Assembly: GCA_020440705.1 (NCBI GenBank)
Contig: JAGRNP010000001.1
Coordinates: forward strand, 51,787-115,786
DNA from: a bacterium
Lineage (GTDB): Bacteria; Krumholzibacteriota; Krumholzibacteriia; LZORAL124-64-63
Length of the DNA stretch: 64,000 nucleotides
Direction of reading: 5' to 3'
A program made the translations under genes and the position numbers. Position 1 is the stretch's first letter. Each line of letters begins with the position of its first letter. The notes beneath the pieces are model-generated. The model worked only from the letters and a program-made list of their open reading frames with translations. It was not told where the DNA came from and ran no database searches. Positions 20,760 through 31,993 of this stretch are shown one piece after another.

Positions 20760-23501
20760 CTAGTCGGGATCGTCGAGCCGCCGCGCGGCGTTGGTCACCG
20801 CGCCGATCATCGCCGCCAGGCCGCTGCCCGCCTCGACCTCCAGGTCGCTGACGAAGGTCACGTCGAGCATGCCCGGCATGCGCACGCCGGTGCGCGAGTA
20901 GTTCATCTCGGCCAGGGCCAGACTCCAGCCCTGGAACCAGCACTCGAGCTGGTAGAGCCGGGTCTGGTCGCCCGCGAAGTGGACCAGCAGGTCGATGTCG
21001 CTGTCGGGCCGGGCGGTGCCGTTCTTCACCGAACCGTAGAGGTACACGCCCTTGACCTGGAACCGCTCGCGGTCGAGGGCCCGCACCATGCGCTCGGCCA
21101 TGCGGAACCGCCAGCGCCAGAACTGCCGGGGCTCGTGCAGCGGCTGCGGTGCGCTGGCGGTGCCGCCGACGCTGCGGGCCGCCTCCTCCGGGCCGAGCGC
21201 CGCGAGGGCGCGGTCCTGGTCGCCGTTCAGGTACACGTGCAGCACGTCGCCCCCCGTGACCGCCGGCACGTCGATGACGCGCACGCATGCGGCGAGATGG
21301 GCGTGGTCGGGCAGCAGTTCGGGCAGCAGGTTGGCGCTGCCGGTCAGGAATTCGGCACTGAAGACCACGTCGGCGTCGTCCGGGTACAAAGGCAGGTAGC
21401 GGATCTGCGCCTCGACCAGATCCTGGAAGAAGTGGGTGCCGAAGCTGAGGTCCGGCAGGTAGTTGCCCACCTTGCGGGCCACCTCGATCAGCATCGCCGT
21501 GTTGTTGATGTCGGCGTAGGTCACGCGCACGCCCAGCTTGATGTCGCCCCGGCTGCCCCAGCGCCCCGGCCCGATCAGGATGAAGCGGCGCTTGGGGAGC
21601 AGGCCGTTCAGCAGGCCCACGGCCCGGCCCACCTCGGCCATGGCCTCGGCCGAGGGCAGCTTGCCGTACACGGCCGGATCCACGTACACGATGTGGGAGA
21701 TCGGCGGCACGTAGCCGTTGGAGATGTGGCGGTGCGCCGTGAAGATGACGCGGTCGGCCGGGATGTCGGTGGGGATCGGGGCCGGCGCCGCGTCGCCCGT
21801 CATGGCCTGCGGGCGGCACTGCAGCAGGTAGAACTCCTTGCCGTCGTGGGCGAATTCCAGGTCGACCGGCGTGTTCATGTACTGGGACAGGGTGCTCAGC
21901 AGGGCGTTCATCTTGTCGATGAAGTCGGTGCCGCCGAGCAGCCCCTCCATGTCCGGCACGAGGTCGTCGTTCTGCGGATCGATCATCAGGCGCGAGACCT
22001 GCTCGAGCCGCCCGTTGCGCAACACGGAGAAGACCTTGTCGATGAGCGGGTACTGGCCGTCCGCCTCCTTCAACAGGGCCTCCAGCGGCACGGTCTCGAA
22101 CGAGTTCGTCTCGAGGTTGATGACGTCGGCGTAGCGCGGGCAGTAGCGCAGGATCTCGTCGAGGGACTGGTTGGCGCGCAGACCCGGCTGCGACGGCACC
22201 GCCAGCACGGGGAAGTCGTCGGCGGTGCGATCGACCGCGCGGGTGCCCAGGCCCGGCACCAGGCGGATCAGGCCGTCGTCGCGCTGGATGCGCGGCGACC
22301 AGCGGAACTCGTTCAGGCTGAAGGCCACCCCCGCGAAGGCCGGCAGCCAGTAGCGCCCGACGCGCGTGCCGACGACCTCCTGGATGAGAATGCCCATCTC
22401 CTCCACGAACTCCTGCAGGCCCCGCTCGCGGCGGTACTCGATGGGGTCGGGCCCGAGCACCGACGCCCACACCTCGGCCACGGCCTCGAGCAGGGCGTCC
22501 ATGCGCTCGGTCTTGTTGCCCTGGTTCGCCAGGAAGAGGCTCTTGTACTTGCCGGAGAAGGCGGTGCCGAAGCGGTCCTCGAGCAGGCTCGAGCTGCGGA
22601 TGATCAGCGGCACCTCGCCGAAGTAGTCCAGCGCGCGCGAGAGGCCGGTGAGCACCTCGGGCGGGAACGAGCTGTTCTTGAACAGCTGGATCATGTTGGG
22701 GTACTCGCGGCGGACCTGCGTGATGTCCTTGAACTTCTGGTCCATCACGTCTTCGAGGTCGTTCAGCTTGATGAAGTCCATGATCGCGTCGGAGATGATC
22801 GACCACGTGCGCGGGAACTTCACCTCGCCGAGGCCGAGCTGGGCGATCTCGGGCTGCTCGAGGATCCAGCGGGCGAGCAGCAGGCCCGACGCCTTGCCCC
22901 CCAGCTTGCCGTAGCTGCCCTGGGGCATGATCACGTGGTCGAGGATGTTGTGGAAGTCGGTGATGCGCACCACTTCCTTGGCCACGTTGATGAAGTCGAG
23001 CTGCTCGGTGAGGAAGCGCTGGATCAGCGAGACGCGCAGGCTCTTCAGGGTGCTGTGGTTCAGGCCGCTGCGCCCGAGCAGGAGCTCGTGGTACTTGCGG
23101 ATGGCCTGGGCGATCTCGGGCATGGTGCTGCGGGGGTCGCCCACCACCGTGCTGAAGAAGCCGGCCTCCTCCTCCTTGACCCACTTCTCGAGCCGCTGCT
23201 CGATCTCCTCGTCGCCGAGGAATTCGGCCGCCAGTTCGAAGGGCGCGCCGCTGAACAGCGGCGAGCCCTCGAGGTCGAGCCGGAAGCCGGGCGCGTTGCC
23301 GTCACGCACCGAGACGCCCGACTGGGCGTCGTCGAACTCGGCCAGCATCTGCTGGGCGCCCGACAGGCCGATGGAGCAGAGATGGTTCAGCATCTTGCGC
23401 GAGACCCGCAGGAACTGTTTCCTGCGGGTCCGGCGCATCTCGTCGATCCGGTCGCGCCAGTTGCCGACCGGAAGATCGGGGCTGTCGGGGCGGTCGGTCA
23501 C
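20760..23501 (-). CDS. PPDK_N (PEP synthase/pyruvate phosphate dikinase nucleotide-binding ATP-grasp) domain protein with a C-terminal Pol-beta-type nucleotidyltransferase domain
   Basis: 913 aa. Central part ...PQGSYGKLGGKASGLLLA...LIIRSSSLLEDRFGTAFSGKYKSLFLANQG...LIGPGRWGSRGD...GTHFFQDL... is PEP-utilising N-domain-like. C-terminus ...GVYLYGSVKNGTARPDSDIDLLVHF... carries the minimal NTase motif GS-x9-D-x-D. GTG start 4 nt after the gdh2 stop. Confidence 0.82.
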   Translation of the reverse strand: MTDRPDSPDLPVGNWRDRIDEMRRTRRKQFLRVSRKMLNHLCSIGLSGAQQMLAEFDDAQSGVSVRDGNAPGFRLDLEGSPLFSGAPFELAAEFLGDEEIEQRLEKWVKEEEAGFFSTVVGDPRSTMPEIAQAIRKYHELLLGRSGLNHSTLKSLRVSLIQRFLTEQLDFINVAKEVVRITDFHNILDHVIMPQGSYGKLGGKASGLLLARWILEQPEIAQLGLGEVKFPRTWSIISDAIMDFIKLNDLEDVMDQKFKDITQVRREYPNMIQLFKNSSFPPEVLTGLSRALDYFGEVPLIIRSSSLLEDRFGTAFSGKYKSLFLANQGNKTERMDALLEAVAEVWASVLGPDPIEYRRERGLQEFVEEMGILIQEVVGTRVGRYWLPAFAGVAFSLNEFRWSPRIQRDDGLIRLVPGLGTRAVDRTADDFPVLAVPSQPGLRANQSLDEILRYCPRYADVINLETNSFETVPLEALLKEADGQYPLIDKVFSVLRNGRLEQVSRLMIDPQNDDLVPDMEGLLGGTDFIDKMNALLSTLSQYMNTPVDLEFAHDGKEFYLLQCRPQAMTGDAAPAPIPTDIPADRVIFTAHRHISNGYVPPISHIVYVDPAVYGKLPSAEAMAEVGRAVGLLNGLLPKRRFILIGPGRWGSRGDIKLGVRVTYADINNTAMLIEVARKVGNYLPDLSFGTHFFQDLVEAQIRYLPLYPDDADVVFSAEFLTGSANLLPELLPDHAHLAACVRVIDVPAVTGGDVLHVYLNGDQDRALAALGPEEAARSVGGTASAPQPLHEPRQFWRWRFRMAERMVRALDRERFQVKGVYLYGSVKNGTARPDSDIDLLVHFAGDQTRLYQLECWFQGWSLALAEMNYSRTGVRMPGMLDVTFVSDLEVEAGSGLAAMIGAVTNAARRLDDPD

Positions 23502-23505
23502 GCCA

Positions 23506-24795
<1,290 letters not shown>

Positions 24796-24923
24796 GGCCG
24801 GTCTTCCTCTGCTGGGGTGTGCGGACGGGCGTCGCGTCCCGTCACCTCACGCGCGGCCGGCCCCGGGGCCGGCGGGATTTTCCGGAAATCTCACCACGCC
24901 ATCTCCGGCAGGCAAGAAGATTC

Positions 24924-27905
24924 TCACTCGCCGGCGGCCGCGGCGGCTCCGTCCGGGCGCCGCACCACGCCCCGGCCGCTGCGGCCGTCGATGAGCACCT
25001 CGAGGGGGGCGTCGAGGCGGATCCGGCGCAGGAACCGGCCCACCTCCTCCCCGGGCTGGGCGTCGAACCAGTCCCAGTCGAGGCGGCCGTTGCCGCGGGT
25101 CGAGTTCACCGTCAGGTAGCCCACCTGGAAGCTGGTCAGGTTCTGGAAGAAGTGGGTGCCCTGGCTCGGCGTGACCTTGAAGTCGTCGAGGTCGGTCTCG
25201 ACGATGACGCGGGCCCCCGAGATCTGCTCCCAGCGCACGGGGATGCCGAGCCAGCGGTCGGACGAGCCCCAGCGACCCGGCCCGATCAGCAGGTAGGGCC
25301 GTGCGTCCTGGACCATGGCGCGGTTGGCCTTGCCGATCTCGTCGGCGATGGCCTGGGTCTCGGCCCGGTCGAAGCGGTCGCGGGGCACGTAGAGGATGTC
25401 CCGGATCTGGTCGCGCCGACCGTTGCCCAGGGCGACGTCGGTGGCGACGAGGGCATCGTCGTCCGCGAGGGCTTCCGGCGGGACCTCGGGCGCGTCGTAG
25501 CCGGCGGCCAGGGGACGGATCTGCAGGAAGCCGAACTGGTGCGGCCGCAGCTCGCCGTCGCCCAGCACGACGGCGAACTCGATCTCCACCTCGGCGCTCA
25601 TGGTGCGGCGGCCGAGTTCGAGCAGCAGGCGCAGGATCTCCGCGAGGGGGAACAGGTCCGCCTTCAGCACGTGGGCGAAGGTCACCAGCCGCGAGCCCGG
25701 CCGGTGGATCCCGTCGTAGATCATGTTGTTCTCGGGCGAGAAGACCGACCCGATGGGCTCGAGGGTGCCGTGCCGCTCGGCGTCCGCCAGTTCGAGGTGG
25801 GCCAGGTTGAAATCGTCCCGGTCGCCCGGATACGCCTCGGGGTGGCTGATGTCGACCGCCCAGAACCGCCGCTGGGAGAGTTTCAGCCAGTCGTTGATGG
25901 TGCCGAACTGGGGCAGCGAGGTCGGGTTCGCCGGGCTGAAGCGCAGGGCCCGGCCCCCCTCCACCACGGTGCGCCCGAGGCCCAGGGCCACGGTGGCCAC
26001 CCCGTCCCTGGGATCCATGCCGTCGGCCGGATAGAAGTTCGACGAGTTGGCCACGCCCGAGAAGTGCGGGTAGTCGAAGTTCTCGTACCGCTGCCCCACC
26101 ATCTGCTGGATGATGACGGCCATCTTCTCTTCCTCGATGCGGTTGCTCGTGGCCTCGATGTAGCTCTTGGCCGCCCGCGAGTAGGCCGAGGCGAAGACGA
26201 GCTTGATGGCGTCGCAGAGCTGGTCGAGGCGCACCTTCAGGTCGTCGTGGCTGTTGGCCAGCATGTAGGTCGAGTAGACCCCGGCGAAGGGCTGGAACTG
26301 GCTGTCCTCGAGCAGGCTGCTCGAGCGCACGGCCAGGGGGTAGCGCACCTGCTCGAGGAAGGCCTCGAGGTCGCCGTAGATCTCCGACGGCAGCTTGGCC
26401 GCGAGGAAGGCCGCGTTGATCTCCTCGTCCGGCATCTCGCCGGTGACCCGTGCCCGCAGGTCGTCCTGCTTCATGAACGAGTCGAAGACGTCTGTGCCCA
26501 CCACCGCCGTGGACGGCACCTGGATCAGGGTGCCGGGGTAGCGGTTGGTGACGCCGTAGCGGAACAGGATCGAGTTCATGAAGGCGAGACCGCGCCCCTT
26601 GCCGCCGAGCGAGCCGCCCCCGATGCGCACGAAGGCGCTGCTGGTGTCGAAGTGCCGGCGCGAGAAGTCGGCCACGACGCCACGCTGGCTCTCGGTGCGG
26701 AAGCGGGCGATGATCCGGATCAGGTACTCGCGCAGGTCCTCCACCTCGGCGAACTCCGTCACCTTCACCGGGCGCAGGTCGGCGGCCAGCTCGAACTCCG
26801 TGCGGGCGCGCAGCCAGTTGCTGAAGTGGTCGTGGCTCGCGTGATGCCGGATCGATTCGCCCGGCACGGTCCGCAGCAGCTGCAGCAGCGTCTTGAGGTC
26901 GGGCGCGCGCCCCACCTCGGTGCCGTCCGGCAGGCGGAAGACGAAGTCGCCGAAGCCGAAGTTCTCGAGCATGAAGTTGCGCAGCTCCTGCAGCAGGTGC
27001 CGGCTCTTCTTGCGGATGAAGCCGGCGCCGATCTCGTCGGCCACCTCGCTGAGGTCCTCGTCCGTCGACTGCAGCACGGCCGGCGTGTGGGGGTCGACGA
27101 ACTTCACGCGGCGGATGAACTCCACCCCCGCATCCGGGTTCTCGACGCCCTGCCAGGGGAAGCGCCCGTCCGAGATCACGCCCAGCAGCGAGTCCTTGTA
27201 CTCCTGGTAGTACTCCCAGGCCTCCTCGAAGGTGTTGGCCAGGAGGATCTTGGGCCGCGCGCGCAGGCGCAGCAGGCGGTGGCTGATGTTGATGCCCTCG
27301 ACCATCAGGCTCTGGGTCTGGTTCAGCACCTCGGTGTAGATCAACGGCAGGTAGGACGAGTAGAAGCGCACCGAATCCTCGATGAGCAGGATGCAGCGCA
27401 CGTCGCCGTAGCGCGTGTCGTGGGCGACGTTCTTGCGGTCCTCGCAGTACTTGATGATCCCGAGCAGCAGGCGGACGTCGCCGTTCCACAGGAAGTAGCG
27501 GTCGATGCAGCGGACCGTGTCGCGCTCCTGCAGGTGCTGCAGCTCGCGGGGGTTGAAGGCGAGGTTGTAGATGTCGAGTTCGGGGTGCCGTCGCTTGACC
27601 CGACGGGCCAGCTGGGTGGCGTCCATGTCGCCGAGCCGGCTCATGGTGATGACCATGTCGTAGCGACGGGTCTCCATGAGGCGCAGGGCCTCCTCGCCCG
27701 TCGAGGCCCGCGTCACGTGGGGCGGGAAACTCAGGTTGAGCTCGCGGTACTCGTTCAGGAGCACCTCGGTCAGCCGGCCCCCCTCCTCCAGGGTGAAGGC
27801 GTCGTACATGCTCGCCACCAGCAGGATCTCCTGCACCCGGAACGGCATGAGGTGGCCGAAACCGGTGAACGAACGGGTGTTGCGCGTGTCCGAGAGTCGG
27901 GGCAT
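24924..27905 (-). CDS. Tandem receiver (REC, first one degenerate) domains fused to a PPDK_N ATP-grasp domain. Paralogue of the 20760-23501 protein.
   Basis: 993 aa with an AAGGAAG RBS. The N-terminus MPRLSDTRNTRSFTGFGHLMPFRVQEILLVASMYDAF... is pseudo-receiver-like (no DD pair). The second REC is VRCILLIEDSVRFYS.... It then reads GGGSLGGKGRGLAFM...LAVRSSSLLEDSQFQPFAGVYSTYMLANSH...LLIGPGRWGSSDR...GTHFFQNL..., homologous block by block to the other PPDK_N protein. Confidence 0.82.
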   Translation of the reverse strand: MPRLSDTRNTRSFTGFGHLMPFRVQEILLVASMYDAFTLEEGGRLTEVLLNEYRELNLSFPPHVTRASTGEEALRLMETRRYDMVITMSRLGDMDATQLARRVKRRHPELDIYNLAFNPRELQHLQERDTVRCIDRYFLWNGDVRLLLGIIKYCEDRKNVAHDTRYGDVRCILLIEDSVRFYSSYLPLIYTEVLNQTQSLMVEGINISHRLLRLRARPKILLANTFEEAWEYYQEYKDSLLGVISDGRFPWQGVENPDAGVEFIRRVKFVDPHTPAVLQSTDEDLSEVADEIGAGFIRKKSRHLLQELRNFMLENFGFGDFVFRLPDGTEVGRAPDLKTLLQLLRTVPGESIRHHASHDHFSNWLRARTEFELAADLRPVKVTEFAEVEDLREYLIRIIARFRTESQRGVVADFSRRHFDTSSAFVRIGGGSLGGKGRGLAFMNSILFRYGVTNRYPGTLIQVPSTAVVGTDVFDSFMKQDDLRARVTGEMPDEEINAAFLAAKLPSEIYGDLEAFLEQVRYPLAVRSSSLLEDSQFQPFAGVYSTYMLANSHDDLKVRLDQLCDAIKLVFASAYSRAAKSYIEATSNRIEEEKMAVIIQQMVGQRYENFDYPHFSGVANSSNFYPADGMDPRDGVATVALGLGRTVVEGGRALRFSPANPTSLPQFGTINDWLKLSQRRFWAVDISHPEAYPGDRDDFNLAHLELADAERHGTLEPIGSVFSPENNMIYDGIHRPGSRLVTFAHVLKADLFPLAEILRLLLELGRRTMSAEVEIEFAVVLGDGELRPHQFGFLQIRPLAAGYDAPEVPPEALADDDALVATDVALGNGRRDQIRDILYVPRDRFDRAETQAIADEIGKANRAMVQDARPYLLIGPGRWGSSDRWLGIPVRWEQISGARVIVETDLDDFKVTPSQGTHFFQNLTSFQVGYLTVNSTRGNGRLDWDWFDAQPGEEVGRFLRRIRLDAPLEVLIDGRSGRGVVRRPDGAAAAAGE

Positions 27906-28007
27906 GGGACGGCTTCCTTGCGGCTGGTGGCACGGTCGGTCGCTGGGGGCAACTTACCACAGGCCCGCACGACGGGCCAGTGCGGCCTCCCCCCGCCTCG
28001 CCGTCGC

Positions 28008-28862
28008 TCAGAACCCGAAGCCGAAAGCCAGCCGGACCTCGCCGCCCCGGGCCCCGGCCGGCTCGGCGAACACGGTCTCGTGGGCACGGGGCACGGCCCA
28101 GCCGACGAGGGCGCCCACCGACGCGCCGGCGAGGATGTCGGTGGGGAAATGCCGTCCCGCCCGGTAGCGCAGGTAGCCCGTCGTCGAGGCCGCCGCGAGG
28201 CATCCGCCCCACACCCACGCCTCGGCGTCGGCGTCGGGGTGCAGCCGGGTGTAGACGGTGGCGAAGAAGACCATGGCGGCGAAGGCGTTGGCGGTGTGGC
28301 CGGACGGGAACGACCGCGTCGTGGTGCGGGCGCCGCGCAGGGCCGCCGGAATCGCCGGATCGTCGCTGTAGGCGTAGGGGCGCGGCCGGCCGACGAGGTT
28401 CTTCAGGAGATAGGTGATGCCCGTGGTCACGAGAGCCGTCTCGAGATACATGACGGCGATGTCGTCGCGCTGCCCACCGTGGCCCGCGTCGAGCGCGAGG
28501 CCGAGGGGCGCCGCGGCGCAGGCCGCCACGAGCCAGTCGCTGGCCCGGGCCGCGGCCGGCGACCAGTTGTCGACCGCGGAGCGGTCCAGGGCGTTCAGCG
28601 CCGCCGGGTCCAGGGGCTCTCCGGCCGCCGGTCCCGGTTCGTCTCCCCGGTCGAGCCACCAGCCCAGACCGTAGGCCAGCACGCCGCCGACGACGAGCGG
28701 CGCGTCGACCCCGTCACCCGTCCGGTAGCCTGCCTGGGCGGCGGCCTCCCTCGGGGCCGTGACGCCGGCCAGGGCCAGGACCACCAACGTCGCCGCGGCC
28801 CGGCGACCGGAACGGGACCGGCCGGCCGTCGGCGGTGTCGAGTGGCGATGCGGTCCGCTCAT
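28008..28862 (-). CDS. PAP2-family phosphatase (acid phosphatase/phosphatidic acid phosphatase-like), secreted or membrane
   Basis: 284 aa with an Ala-rich signal region and the three PAP2 motifs KNLVGRPRP, SFPSGHT and RAGRHFPTDILAG. Confidence 0.85.
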   Translation of the reverse strand: MSGPHRHSTPPTAGRSRSGRRAAATLVVLALAGVTAPREAAAQAGYRTGDGVDAPLVVGGVLAYGLGWWLDRGDEPGPAAGEPLDPAALNALDRSAVDNWSPAAARASDWLVAACAAAPLGLALDAGHGGQRDDIAVMYLETALVTTGITYLLKNLVGRPRPYAYSDDPAIPAALRGARTTTRSFPSGHTANAFAAMVFFATVYTRLHPDADAEAWVWGGCLAAASTTGYLRYRAGRHFPTDILAGASVGALVGWAVPRAHETVFAEPAGARGGEVRLAFGFGF

Positions 28863-29025
28863 GGTTGCTCCCGGAGTCGCGGGGAAATCACGGTGGCGGC
28901 GGGCGGGACGATATCAGGGCCCGCCCACCCCGTCCAGCCCGTCGGCCGCGACCGGGAGGGCCGCAGACGCGACGACCCCGGGCAGCGGGCCCGGGGTCGT
29001 CGGTCGCCGGGACGGGGCGGCCGGG

Positions 29026-30588
29026 TCAGGCCTTGAACTCCACGCCCTGGGCCAGGTGGATCTCGCCGCCCCAGTTGATGGTATTTGTCTGCCGACGCAT
29101 GTACATCTTCCAGGAGTCGGAACCGGACTCGCGCCCGCCGCCGGTCTCCTTCTCGCCCCCGAAGGCGCCGCCGATCTCGGCGCCCGAGGTGCCGATGTTG
29201 ATGTTGGCGATGCCGCAATCGGAACCGAGGAAGCTGAGGAAGGCCTCGCCCTCGTTCACGCTGTCGGTGTAGATGGCGCTGCTCAGACCCTGCGGCACGT
29301 CGTTGTGCATCCGGAAGGCCTGGTCGATCTTCCTGTACTTCATCACGTACAGGATCGGCGCGAAGGTCTCGCTCTGCACGATCGGCTTGCGGTTGTCGAT
29401 CTCGATGATCGTCGGCTGCACGAAGGTGGCCGCCCCGAAGGGCTTGAGCACCTTGCCGCCGTACAGCACCTTGCCGCCCTGCTCCCTGGCCGCCTTGATG
29501 GCGTCCTCGTAGTCCTTCACGGCGCCCTCGTCGATCAGGGGACCCATCAGCGTCGCCGGATCCAGCGGATCGCCGATGTTCACGCGCTTGTAGTTGGCGA
29601 TGAGCTTCTTCACGAAGGTGTCGTAGACCTTCTCCTGGATGATCAGGCGGCGCGTGCTGGTGCAGCGCTGGCCCGCGGTGCCGACGGCGCCGAAGAAGGC
29701 GCTGGCCAGGGCGCCCGTCAGGTCGGCCTTCTCGCTGATGATGATGGCGTTGTTGCCGCCGAGCTCGAGGATCGCCCGGCCGAGGCGCGCGCCCACGACG
29801 CCGCCGATGCGCTGGCCCATGCGGGTCGAGCCGGTGGCGCTGATCAGGGGCACGTCGTGGTCGTTGACCAGCTTCTCGCCGATGGTCGAGCCGCGGCCGA
29901 TGGTCACGCAGCTGATGCCGGGCGTGATGCCGTTCCGCGCGAAGACCTCGTTGACGATGTTCTGGCAGGCGATGGCGCAGAGCGGCGTCTTGCTCGAGGG
30001 CTTCCAGATGCAGCTGTCCCCGCACACCCAGGCCAGGGCGGTGTTCCAGGCCCACACGGCCACCGGGAAGTTGAAGGCGCTGATGACGCCGACGACACCC
30101 AGGGGGTGCCACTGCTCCATCATGCGGTGCTTGGGCCGCTCGCTCTGCAGCGTCGGGCCGCTCAGGTTGCGGCTTAGCCCCACGGCGAAGTCGCAGATGT
30201 CGATCATCTCCTGCACCTCGCCCAGACCCTCGGTGTGGATCTTGCCCATCTCCAGGCTCACCAGGGCGCCGAGCATCTCCTTCTTCTCGCGCAGGGCCTC
30301 GCCGATCTGGCGCACGACCTCGCCGCGCTTCGGCGCGGGCAACGCCCGCCAGTCGAGGAAGGCCTGCTTGGCGTACTTCATCACCACGTCGTAGTCCTTC
30401 GTGCTGGCCTGCTCGATCTTCGCCAGCACCTCGCCCGTGGTCGGGTTCCTGGTGACGAGCATGTCCTTGCTGTTCGCGAACCACTCGCCGCCGCAGTTGG
30501 CGCCCTTCATGGTGGGCTTCAGGCCCAACGTCCGGAAGATCTGGGCCTTGGTCACCTTCCTGGTCGCCTGCGTGGTCTTCTTGGCCAT
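29026..30588 (-). CDS. Alpha-aminoadipic semialdehyde / piperideine-6-carboxylate dehydrogenase (ALDH7 'antiquitin' family)
   Basis: This is the real 520-aa part of the chimeric 808-aa ORF. MAKKTTQATRKVTKAQIFRTLGL...IPAPKRGEVVRQIGEALREKKEMLGALVSLEMGKI...ELGGNNAIII...GTAGQRCT...ETFAPILYV...SGAEIGGAFGGEKETGGGRESGSD is co-linear with human ALDH7A1. Confidence 0.9.
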   Translation of the reverse strand: MAKKTTQATRKVTKAQIFRTLGLKPTMKGANCGGEWFANSKDMLVTRNPTTGEVLAKIEQASTKDYDVVMKYAKQAFLDWRALPAPKRGEVVRQIGEALREKKEMLGALVSLEMGKIHTEGLGEVQEMIDICDFAVGLSRNLSGPTLQSERPKHRMMEQWHPLGVVGVISAFNFPVAVWAWNTALAWVCGDSCIWKPSSKTPLCAIACQNIVNEVFARNGITPGISCVTIGRGSTIGEKLVNDHDVPLISATGSTRMGQRIGGVVGARLGRAILELGGNNAIIISEKADLTGALASAFFGAVGTAGQRCTSTRRLIIQEKVYDTFVKKLIANYKRVNIGDPLDPATLMGPLIDEGAVKDYEDAIKAAREQGGKVLYGGKVLKPFGAATFVQPTIIEIDNRKPIVQSETFAPILYVMKYRKIDQAFRMHNDVPQGLSSAIYTDSVNEGEAFLSFLGSDCGIANINIGTSGAEIGGAFGGEKETGGGRESGSDSWKMYMRRQTNTINWGGEIHLAQGVEFKA

Positions 30589-30638
30589 GGCTATCGTTCC
30601 TTTACCTGGTTGTCGCCGTCTCCGGCGGGGTGGTCCGG

Positions 30639-31964
30639 TCAGTAGACCGTCAGTTCTTCCTTGCATGTGATCTCGAGGGTCGCCAGCTCGTCGAGCACCG
30701 GATTGTAGATCTCCGGCGTGACGGGCCGCAGGACCCCGCGGGCGGAAATGCCGCCCTCCAGGATGAGCCGGGCCGCGATGGCCGCGGGCAGGGACACCGT
30801 GCGCGACATGGAGGTGTCGCCGTAGCGGATCCCGAAGTCGACGAGGCTGCTGGTCAGGCGTTCGTAGTGGTTGTCCTCCGGGAACCACGCCTTGAACTCG
30901 TGGAACAGGACGACCATGTCGCGTTCGCCCGGGTTGTAGGTGAGCTTGTCGAGCATGATGTCGCCGAGGGCGTCGAGCGGCGACACCGCGGCGCGGCCGA
31001 TGGGCCGGCGCGAGAAGAGGCCGAGCCAGTGCATGTTCCACGGCGGCAGCGTGTCCGCCGGCAGGCCCATGCGGTGGGCGGCCACGACGCGCAGGTCGTC
31101 CTCCGGGCCGGCGCCGAGCAGACCCCGCATGTAGTCGGCGTAGGTGAGGTCGGCCGCCGGCCTTTCGGCCATGTCGAGCATGCCCACCTTGACGAGGTTG
31201 TGCATGGTGTCGCACCAGCCGATGTAGCGCAGCGTGCCCCGGAACAGCGACCGCACTTCGGCGCCGAGACCGTAGATCTCCCGGTACTCGAGGCTGTCGC
31301 GGTTCGGGTAGGCCTCGAACACGCCCGCCCCCGGCACGGTCAGCAGGTGCATGTCGCGGAAGAGACGCTCCGGCTCCACGATCACCTCGTGGTTGTCGCG
31401 CCAGTAGCGCGCCCCGTTGCGGCTGGCCAGCAGCACGCCCCGCGGCGCCCACGAGAACTTGTAGCCGAAGGGGTTGTCGTTGGCCTCGGGCGCCGGCAGA
31501 CCGCCGCAGTACGAACGGAAATGCCGGATCTTGCCGCCGCGCGCGTGCACGTCGTCGATGATGCGCATGGCCGACATGTGGTCGATGCCCGGATCGAGGC
31601 CGATCTCGTTGAGGAAGATCAGGTCCTTGTCGCGGGCGTCGGCATCGAAGGCCTGCATCTCCGGCGACACGTACGAGGCCGTGACCAGGTTGCGCCGGTG
31701 CTGGAGGCAGTGGTTGGCCACCAGCGGGTGGTAGCTGTACGGCACGAGGCTGATCACCAGGTCGTGGGCCGCCACCAGCTCCGACAGGGCGCGGTCGTCG
31801 TCGAGCACCAGGCGCAGGGCCGTGCCGTTGGGCTCGTCGCCGATCAGCTTCTGGGCGTCCTCGACGGCGAGGCTGGTCACCGTCAGGGCGTAGTCGCGCC
31901 GCAGCAGGTACCGGATCAGGGGACCCGCCACCATGCCCGCGCCGAGCACCAGGATCTTCTTCAC
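30639..31964 (-). CDS. Saccharopine dehydrogenase (NADP+, L-glutamate-forming; LYS9 / AASS-SDH-domain type)
   Basis: GTG start preceded by GGGGAGGGG. VKKILVLGAGMVAGPLIRYLLRR...VTASYVSPEMQAFDADARDKDLIFLNEIGLDPGIDHMSAMRIID...; 441 aa. Confidence 0.85.
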   Translation of the reverse strand: MKKILVLGAGMVAGPLIRYLLRRDYALTVTSLAVEDAQKLIGDEPNGTALRLVLDDDRALSELVAAHDLVISLVPYSYHPLVANHCLQHRRNLVTASYVSPEMQAFDADARDKDLIFLNEIGLDPGIDHMSAMRIIDDVHARGGKIRHFRSYCGGLPAPEANDNPFGYKFSWAPRGVLLASRNGARYWRDNHEVIVEPERLFRDMHLLTVPGAGVFEAYPNRDSLEYREIYGLGAEVRSLFRGTLRYIGWCDTMHNLVKVGMLDMAERPAADLTYADYMRGLLGAGPEDDLRVVAAHRMGLPADTLPPWNMHWLGLFSRRPIGRAAVSPLDALGDIMLDKLTYNPGERDMVVLFHEFKAWFPEDNHYERLTSSLVDFGIRYGDTSMSRTVSLPAAIAARLILEGGISARGVLRPVTPEIYNPVLDELATLEITCKEELTVY

Positions 31965-31993
31965 GCTCGTCCCCTCCCCGGCCGGCGACCCCG

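Noticed and set aside
27928-27944. Perfect TGGCACG heptamer (sigma-54 -24 box) upstream of the REC-REC-PPDK_N gene
   Set aside because: The downstream GC element is 11 nt rather than 10 nt away, and the element is on the plus strand pointing into the antisense of the PAP2 gene. It is most likely a chance match in GC-rich DNA.
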